DNA from: a virus
Length of the DNA stretch: 64,000 bases
IMG/VR virus record: IMGVR_UViG_3300045988_152944
Reading direction: 5' to 3' (one strand)
Shown here: piece after piece, positions 53,501 through 64,000 of the stretch
How positions within the stretch are numbered: the first letter of the stretch is position 1
How the letters are laid out: each line of letters begins with the position of its first letter
Notes under the pieces: model-generated
What the model was told of the DNA's origin: nothing
The model's database searches: none
The model's input: the letters and a program-made list of their open reading frames with translations, nothing else
Translations under genes and position numbers: made by a program

Positions 53501-55569
53501 CAAGGAGAATTAGACGGCATCGTCGTCTCAACCCAAGTGATACCGTCCAACGAATATGCCGCACGATCATTCTGATTGGCGATCGCCACAAATTTATCCG
53601 CCCCATAAACAACACTACCCCACTCGGCGCTCGCGGGCATCGTTGTTTGAGTCCAACTTACACCGTCGAGCGAATAAGCACTCACTGTTGAATTCTTGTA
53701 CGACACAGCAACAAATTTCCCATTACCATAAGCTATACTTTGCCAATAGGCCGAAACTGGCATGTTCATCTGTTTCCATGTTATACCATCTTCAGAATAA
53801 GCGCCACGCGACGTTTGTTCTGCTATGGCAACAAATTTCCCATTACCATAGGCAACATCGTTCCAGGGTTGCTCCCAAGGCATTGTTGTTTCTTGCCAAT
53901 CTCCATCAAACGGACTCCACCCAACTGTTGGTAAGATGCCACTTTGTATTGTGCCAGTTTTTTGAGGAAGAGCAACGGGCACCTGATTTTCAGTAACATA
54001 ATGAGCGTCGTTCTCTAATTGACTAACCCGTGTGGGAATCTCAGGCATAGTAGGCACAAATGAATTTACAATAGTAAATTGTCCTTTCCCGCTCGTTTGT
54101 TTTTTTTTATACTTATACGTAATAGGGGTTGAAGGGACAGTGTCTCTCATTACTATCATATGTTGATTCTGCATGGTCGCAGGGTTTATTATGTGTTCAT
54201 CCTCTAATGTCATAACCACATCAGAATGAGTATCAAGTTCCGAATCCGAAATTGAATACGTATATTTATTTAACGAGGGCGTGGCCACCCAATAATTAAC
54301 TCCGGTGCTATCGCTATATCCCACTGTATCAAGTGCAACAAACCGATCATTACCACAAACAACCTTAACCCATGAACCACTCCCTGTGAAATCGCACAAA
54401 GACCAGTTAACACCATCATAAGAATATAAACACTGGGAAGAGCCATAATACTGGGAGTCGTCCACTGCGATAAATACCCCATTACCATACGCAATGTTTG
54501 TCACCTGATTAAATGTATCTTGTATAGATTTGGGCAGTATTGTCCAGGACCAGTTTAGTCCGTCCATGGAATAACCACAGGCCATTCCAGAGTAGTGGGT
54601 TTCGGTTAAGATAACAAACTTCCCTTGACCATAACAAATACGACACCGATCCAGATCGTGCCCAGGCATGTTAGATATGGTTGCCTTTGTCCAACTCAGC
54701 CCATCGTTTGAATAAGCTATTGTACCACCGTCGTCCACTGCAACAAACTTGTCTGCTCCATAAGTAATATCTGCGCAAACAATCGGGAAACCCGTTTGTG
54801 ACACCCATGATTTTCCATCGGTCGAATACATATAAGGATGTGAGGTGATTCCACTTTCGTTTGTAATGGCCAGGAACTTGTCTTTCCCAAATATTAAGGG
54901 ACCAAACCTGGTTTTTAAAGGAGCTTTGAACTGGGTCCAGCTTGTACCATTTGTAGACCACGCACCAGCAAAGCTGTCGGTAGTATCACCCACACCTGGT
55001 ACAATGTTGCCGTTTGACAAGGTTACAAAAACCCCAGCGCCATAACAAATTTTCCCCCAATGTTGTGCCGATGGCAAGTTCATTGTATTCCATGTGATAC
55101 CATCTTTGGAATATACTCCCTGTTGAGCCGAAATTGTACTAGATGTGCCTCCGGAACGTTCGGCAACAGCAACAAACTTTCCGTCGCCATAAGCCACGTC
55201 GGTCCAATAGTATCCCGATAATGGGAAAGTGGCATTTTGCCAAGTGTCTTTTACCCATCCGGTGGTTGGTAATTCGCCCTGAATAATATTTGAAGACGTT
55301 TGTGGAAGCGATGTGGGTATAGCTGGTATTAATTGTTCAACCTCTGCCGAGGTCGTATACCCTGCATCGTTTTCTAATTCGCTTACCTTTTTAGGCAACT
55401 GATCTGTCCCCAAAGCACCTATATTTTTCCTTGCTTGTTCTTGTTCTTTTTCTTCAAGATTTTGTGGGGTATACAATACAGCATCAGTGACTTGTGCTTG
55501 CCCACCATTCTTAATCTGGTTGAGCAACGCTTGAACTTCTTGCCCCGTTTGGGTTAGTTTATAACTCAT
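50563..55569 (-). CDS. giant tail fibre or receptor-binding protein (1668 aa) with two Asp-box (BNR-like) beta-propeller domains
   Basis: GAAGGAG RBS. Blades of the form W..IAYGNGKFVAV.....AYS.DGI.W recur at residues ~105-430 and ~555-830. The fibre motif VS.L.ND..Y.T occurs at least 8 times. Confidence 0.75.
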   Translation of the reverse strand: MSYKLTQTGQEVQALLNQIKNGGQAQVTDAVLYTPQNLEEKEQEQARKNIGALGTDQLPKKVSELENDAGYTTSAEVEQLIPAIPTSLPQTSSNIIQGELPTTGWVKDTWQNATFPLSGYYWTDVAYGDGKFVAVAERSGGTSSTISAQQGVYSKDGITWNTMNLPSAQHWGKICYGAGVFVTLSNGNIVPGVGDTTDSFAGAWSTNGTSWTQFKAPLKTRFGPLIFGKDKFLAITNESGITSHPYMYSTDGKSWVSQTGFPIVCADITYGADKFVAVDDGGTIAYSNDGLSWTKATISNMPGHDLDRCRICYGQGKFVILTETHYSGMACGYSMDGLNWSWTILPKSIQDTFNQVTNIAYGNGVFIAVDDSQYYGSSQCLYSYDGVNWSLCDFTGSGSWVKVVCGNDRFVALDTVGYSDSTGVNYWVATPSLNKYTYSISDSELDTHSDVVMTLEDEHIINPATMQNQHMIVMRDTVPSTPITYKYKKKQTSGKGQFTIVNSFVPTMPEIPTRVSQLENDAHYVTENQVPVALPQKTGTIQSGILPTVGWSPFDGDWQETTMPWEQPWNDVAYGNGKFVAIAEQTSRGAYSEDGITWKQMNMPVSAYWQSIAYGNGKFVAVSYKNSTVSAYSLDGVSWTQTTMPASAEWGSVVYGADKFVAIANQNDRAAYSLDGITWVETTMPSNSPWLDIAYGNNKFVVVSYEGGNLAYSNDGITWEQTTMFPSAGWRSITYGNGVFVAVERESNNAAYSSDGINWTMTKLPASGFWGDVVYGNGLFVATIGDGYAAAYSRDGINWTSLGKTTSDYWDVAYGDGKFVAVFYGQAGACLKLAPGVVYTIRDNSITETSDVLMEVSDNGQIKAHGVSKYNITIIRDTEPTTSVPYTYKVRETNNQGQFIVVNNYLPNIPTKVSQLDNDAHYITESQVPTKISQLTNDMDYATVGQIPTKVSQLDNDQNFTSNIGTVTQVKINGFIKNPQPSGLIDLGNITPEPTDWTTVPITTALENGKTYVVKLDTTPYPLTAIFTMSAALDAIDANVVGGTQQGTDGASTYELKSATITVKDSKLTGLKSTNLVSNANPGAANLAYSESTFADLGITQYHYIELLNSVGGGMSGKGVNYTAIKDTLAIDKWTTDEIHVEGEILPTTETILMTFDSTVQHTIDKTKENTLLIGHATADELKNIGYWAFDGQSVVVNIILATEPDTNTPLQMVFNETTDVYYKYAQIDNNGVEGAALYVYKSDSATYKAGDIVLVISATMSATAPDWIKCSTLTPSSELEGMSAVNFYGYTFPSDLTGTSITIDVLCTKTDSPDIRKTLLMPYVGAEEIEGNKLHIYTYQPTTEEEVQAFPMAFMAYVLTSNIPEVAPAGTIIVFGRDQSSGSDPKYVFSKLFSLTTSGMAPVTYTYSNENIKLESAIKVYLNDSENIQIVDRQEGYVQFKRAKVANIPFSMEILDTEEEGLLRLFNSYVPQKVSELQNDAKYLTAQNLDYNSPISLNKADDGTVTIGISSTDSVAFAQYTSSQTTGTFAVDKWVAESGYYTYTISDYSISSRTDIIMNVNTPIALLALSLTNFTLKIKAATKPTEPIEYSYKPLRTDTRGQFTIVNSYIPTMPTKVSELENDSGYITQLVTETLQGTKRYKTFEDLTDCVLELGQYDAEGKYVYCV

Positions 55570-55686
55570 GTTTCACTCCTTCGGGACTAAGCCCCCTAAA
55601 GTATTTTGGAAGAGACGTTTTTCCGAGAACGTCGCTAAAAACTCGTTATCAACCTTCAAATAAAATGAAGATTTTATTATTTCAAC

Positions 55687-55716
55687 GCAGAATCCCCTAA
55701 TAAATGGGGAATCTGC
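55687..55716 (-). terminator. hairpin after the tape measure gene (weak terminator candidate)
   Basis: Minus strand reads GCAGATTCCCC-ATTTATTA-GGGGATTCTGC, with 5+5 bp around a central mismatch. There is no immediate U-tract. Confidence 0.3.
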
Positions 55717-55736
55717 GTAAAATAAGTTAAAATACA

Positions 55737-58700
55737 TTAAGAATGTCTAGTGAGATTACGCGCGGCTTGAAGTTGTCGCACAAAGTCATCCATATCAAAC
55801 CCAGGTTGAGCAACCATATGAACATCCAGATGTTCAACATTAAACGATTCGTCGGTTCCGAACCCTGTTGTGTGACTGAACTTGCCGTTGATGTCCACAA
55901 GTTGTTTAATCAGATTAGGAGCAACCTCGCCCAGTTGCCATACGTTGCGCGTAAGGTCGGCGGGAACAACTCCAGACTTCGACGGAAGAGCCGTCAAAGT
56001 ACCTTGAGGAGTAATGATGCCTTCAAGACCATATTGAGGATCGTCATTGACCAGAGAGAGGCCACCGGCGGTAGATAGAGTGCCTGTTGCGTGTGAAGAG
56101 AAGTCGTCTTGTGGGAGTTCACCTTCGCCTGCATATGTTTCATATATTGTCCCGTTAGCATCAATATAGTACACTTTTTTACTTCCAGAATCATAAATAA
56201 AACGATTGCGTCCGCCCTTAATGATGTCTGCGGCTTTATACCCCAGATCTATTTCCTTAGTTTCTAGTGGATCGAACCACAGGTTTTTAGCAGGAGAATA
56301 AAACAAATAAGAAGGACTAGTCGAGGAATAATCTTTAATAAGCGAAGAGTCCACCTTTTTATTTGTGATCACCACTTTTGAGAATTTCTGAGTCGCATTG
56401 GGATTTGCCCACCACCCATACCAACCCTTGCTGGTGGATGAAATTGCACTATTTAACGAATTCCAACTAGAAATAGCCCCAACGCCGCCCGAACTTTCAT
56501 TACTCTTTTCAAACAATTCTAGATACTCTGCCTTATCTTTATTAGACAGGTATTTATTGTTAAAGGCATCTTCAAAAGCGCTGCGATTTGTGTTAAACTG
56601 TTCAATTTCCACATTGTCCAAATTATCATATAGAGCCTTCTTGTTTGACGCCGCATCCTTGGTTCCTTTTGACTGTAACCATCCACCACCTTTGGTGTTG
56701 ATGAAATCGTCATACGCCGTTTTTAAGGCTTTTTTGGCCGCAGCCTTACGATAGCTATCTTCACTCTTATTCCATTCCTCCAGCTCTTCTTTTTGTTGTG
56801 CCTTATCGGCCGACGAAAACAAGGAAAATTGCTTGGGATCGTTTAACCGTTTGGTCCACAATTCTATCAGTTCAGTTGTGTCTGTGATATTACCCGACCA
56901 AGACTGCATAAACTTTTGAGCCTCTTCAAAGGATTTGTCGTCGACAATTTTGGTCATCCAATCTCGTTGACCTTGTAATTCATCAATCAAAGTTTGTAGT
57001 TTGTTGATTTGTTTTTCATTATCCAGTTCTTCGAGTTCTTTTTGCGCATCAGCGATTGCCGCCGTATCTGCCTCATAAACCCAACCAACACCCTCTCTCC
57101 AAACCTTCTTTTTTTCAGTTTGAGCATTTTCGAGTTTAATTTTAGCTTCAATAAGTTTATTTTCGTATTCTCGTTGCTTATTAATTTGCTCTAGGGCCGA
57201 TTTTTGTTCCTCTAATGCTGTCTGCTCTCTTTCCAAACGTTTATCAATATTGGATTGTATCGCAGCCAATACAGTATTATTCCAGCTTTCTTGAACCACC
57301 TGTCTTATATTTTCGGCTCCATTCAAATACGCCTCAACATATGCGTTTTTGTATTTATTTAATATATCGCCATAGGCGGTGATTTGTTCGTCTGAAAAGT
57401 CTTCAGAACTTAACGCCTGATACAAATCGTCTAAAGATGTATTATCCGCGCCAAACCCCATTTTTTCCATCATATCAACAAAACCCTGGCTTTCGTTAGA
57501 TACCATAGCTTTAAAAATCTGGGAACCCGAGGCGTTTCCGCCAGACCAGTCCTCAAATAGAGAACGGGTTTTATTTGCATAATACTCTTTTGTTTTATTA
57601 GCAATACTAAAGACTCCGGCTTCTGTTAATGCACCCGCCTCGTTACCATTTGCTTGAATAATTTGATATAATGAATCCAGCGACACTTTGCCAGTGGAAG
57701 CCATTTCTGAAAAATAATTTATCAATTTTTCACTTTGTTCTTGCAAATCTGAAAATGTGGAATTCAACTCACCAATTGTTAACGAACCAAATTTATCCAC
57801 ACTTTGTTTCACATCGTCCACCGAACGCCCAAGGGCATTAGCAGCCTGATCTAAGAGTTCATTAACCACATTCGTATCCAATTTATAAGTGTTGTTAACA
57901 ATATCAGATAAAGTGAATTGCCCGCCAGCTAAAAGGGATTGTATCGAGGTGGAGGTGTCTCGTTTCATCATTAGTTGAATTAATCTTCTTATTTCCGTCG
58001 TTAACGACAGTCCCGCCTTATCCGCCACTTGTTGTTCAACCCAAGAGATACCCTTGCGTGCTAATTCCATAGAACCCATTGAGGAAACACCGCTGCGTAA
58101 ATACGCTTCTTGCATCGTATAATTCAAGAGTTTTTTTCGCTCGTCTGCGGTCAATTGTTGTCCTTCTTTGGATTGTTCATAGGCGGCCTTTTGCGCTCGA
58201 ATATTGGCGATTTGCAACGCTTGTGCTAACTGTGTCCGGCTTTCGCTGGATTTGTTTTCATCTGCTAAGTAATCATCAATGTTTCTATAAAGCTCGTCTA
58301 ATGAGGCAGCGCCAAATGTTTCGCGTAATTTAACCCCATCTTCTGAAGACAAGTAACTCTTAAAAGTATCCTCAAGAACTTTGTTGTCTACCGATGCTGC
58401 TTTTATAGCTTCCACATTTTCACGAATAGCCTTCACATCATCCGAAAGTAACTTATCTTGCTTGGAAACTTCAACAACGTTTTGAAGCGCGGTTTCTTGA
58501 GCCTTTAAAGTTTCTAAGAGTTTAGACGCCTCTGCCACTCTTTTTTTACGGTTGATTTCTTCTTTGTCAAGCGCATTGGCAATAGGCTCAGCGGCAAAGC
58601 TCCCAATCGTGGAACCTATCATTGCTCCAATTGGCCCCCCAAGTGCTCCTCCAATGGCTGTTAAACCACCCGCAAAAGCACCAGCAACTACTTTAGCCTC

Positions 58701-60075
58701 TGTAGATCCTTCTGTACCAACGCCAGTTGTTATACCACTAAACAATCCCCCGAGTGCGGCTCCAGGAATATTAGATGGGACGGATTTGAAATATTTTTTT
58801 ACTTTCCCATCTTCTCCCGTCGTTTCTCCAGGAACTCCACCTGTTTTTTGCTGATTAGTATCTTGAGCAACTGCTTTGGCGTGTTTTTGAGTTTCTTTTG
58901 TATCTCGCGAAGTAGCATTTGTGTTTTTGTTTTCCTCTTTGGTTCCTTGCGCTTCGGCGGCGGCCCCTTGTGACGCACTCTCGGCAACTTGGTCTAGCGC
59001 AGAAGCTGTACCAGTTGCAGATTGAGCCAATTTGTTATTGGCCGCTGCTACAGCCTCTTCGGTCTTTTTCTTTTGTATATCTTCTAGTTTGGACGCCTTC
59101 CAATCTTGCTGATGTTGTGCAAATCTTGTGGGTCCTAATCCACTCACAAAACTCTTCCCCTTACCCACAGAGAAAAACTCTTTCATCCAAAGAGGAACTT
59201 TAAAAGCGTTGTATTGAATCAGAGCTGTCCCGACAGCTCGAATGGAGGGAAGAAGTATTTTCATTAAAACAACGGACAAATCGGTAAACAATTTAACGAG
59301 TCCCGACTGCTCCAAAGTCATAGCGAGGTTTTCCCAAGCTGATTGCAGTCTATTTGATGCGCTTTGAATGGTTTCCATATATGCGGCATACTTGCTTTCG
59401 GCCGTACCTTGTGAATGCGCCGAAACCTCTTCTAGTTCTTCCGCACGATCCATATTTTCCATCAACACAAGGAATTGCTCGCGTTGACGAACACCGGCCA
59501 TAGCTGTAGCAATCGCGTTTTTCGACACGTTGTCAAGATTAATCCACCTATCACTCAGTTCGTCAAGAACGTCGCTAAAACTTCTAAATTCTGTATTGGT
59601 CGATCGAATACTGATACCAATTTTACCCAATACTTTTTCTATATCGTTTAAATTCTCGAGATCGGTATCAGACGATGCCTCGAGATTCATTTTTGTATAA
59701 GCGCCCGCTTTTACGTTGCCGTAACGGGACATAATTGTACGCAAGGCCATACCCACACTCGACGCGTCGCGTTGGGTGGTTTCAATGATTGTTGAAGCAT
59801 AGGCTATCGTCTCGTCTAACGACACGCCCGCCAGTTGCGCTGTCGTGGCAACGTTTTGCAAAGCAGCACCAATATCTGCGGCGGACACCGCTGCTTTCAT
59901 GTCAACTGCTGTCAGTTTCGAAACCACATTAACGGCATCAGACACCTCTAATTTAAACCCTTTAATCATTGAGGTTAAATACTCAGTTGCCTGACCGGCG
60001 TCAATCATACCCAGTTTACTTAAATAAGTTGAGGCGGTAATAAGCTCTCCAGCTTGTTGTGCCTCGTAACCTTGT
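55737..60075 (-). CDS. tail tape measure protein, exon 2
   Basis: The frame is open upstream of the ORF-track ATG and reads QGYEAQQAGELITASTYLSKLGMIDAGQATEYL..., continuing the TMP core domain begun in exon 1. The exon also has Gly-zipper hydrophobic segments and long coiled coils. Confidence 0.8.
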
Positions 60076-60405
60076 CTATAATTGTGTTACTTTTGAACTT
60101 CGTTACGTTTCAAAAGATTAAGAGAATTTTTATGTCTCAAAATTTTCTTTTATTTTCATAAAAGTTCAGACTATATCTTTGGTAAATAAAAGTTTCCTTT
60201 TATTCCCATCCCCCGCTTCCATTCACTTGAATGTACATAATAGTCTTTGAACCTTCCCCTATTCGGGGCTTGGCTGCTGATTATCCAATTTATATAATTT
60301 TTTAACCATCACACTTAAGCCTATTTCATCTTTATGTTGTGGTTTATATAACTTTAGGAACTTCCAGCAATTCAAGGGATTTATAGTGACCTAGACTTTT
60401 AGTTA
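60076..60405 (-). mobile_element. ORF-less group I intron (330 nt) in the tape measure gene
   Basis: In P1, exon AGUGGCU pairs with intron GGUCACU, giving a U:G wobble at the splice site. Core elements are AATCAGCAGCCAAGCC...AAGGTTCAAAGACTATT and GATATAGTCTGA (60166-60177). P9 is CTTTTAT-GAAA-ATAAAAG. The intron ends in G (..AATTATAG), and splicing restores ..AANEWL-QGYEAQQ.. in frame. Confidence 0.85.

Positions 60406-64000
<3,595 letters not shown>

Overview
All convincing genes lie on the minus strand. The window looks like one contiguous piece of a large tailed dsDNA phage or prophage. The host is probably an anaerobic Firmicute, judged from AAGGAGG-type RBSs, perfect TTGACA-17-TATAAT promoters and a class III ribonucleotide reductase. 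In transcription order (high to low coordinates) the window holds: (1) a giant tape measure gene, 5' partial, over 2,600 codons, interrupted by an ORF-less group I intron; (2) tail, baseplate and fibre genes, including very large beta-propeller repeat proteins; (3) a separately promoted and terminated tail-fibre cassette (39067->32108); (4) about 25 small, translationally coupled early genes with tandem paralog families and an RNA ligase; (5) a replication and recombination module (SSB-like, Sak4-like ATPase split by a second homologous group I intron, DnaB, primase, Cas4-like nuclease, phosphatase, ThyX-like, split DnaE, RecD-like helicase, ClpP-like); (6) Dam methylase, a tRNA cluster, and NrdH-like / NrdD (with a LAGLIDADG intein) / NrdG. 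The cassette in (3) is the best candidate for a new system. It contains a radical SAM/SPASM enzyme next to a propeller protein whose last ~41 residues carry 6 of its 7 cysteines, which suggests RiPP-like maturation of a virion protein. Other notable signals are nine near-identical 41-nt promoter modules whose -35 box is the 3' arm of a hairpin (several are full intrinsic terminators), a class II (Leu-like) tRNA with a Gln UUG anticodon, and four unexplained structured non-coding blocks: one of ~190 nt and three of ~350 nt. No rRNA, CRISPR array, integrase or transposase was seen. No searches or folding programs were run, so all product calls rest on motifs read by eye.
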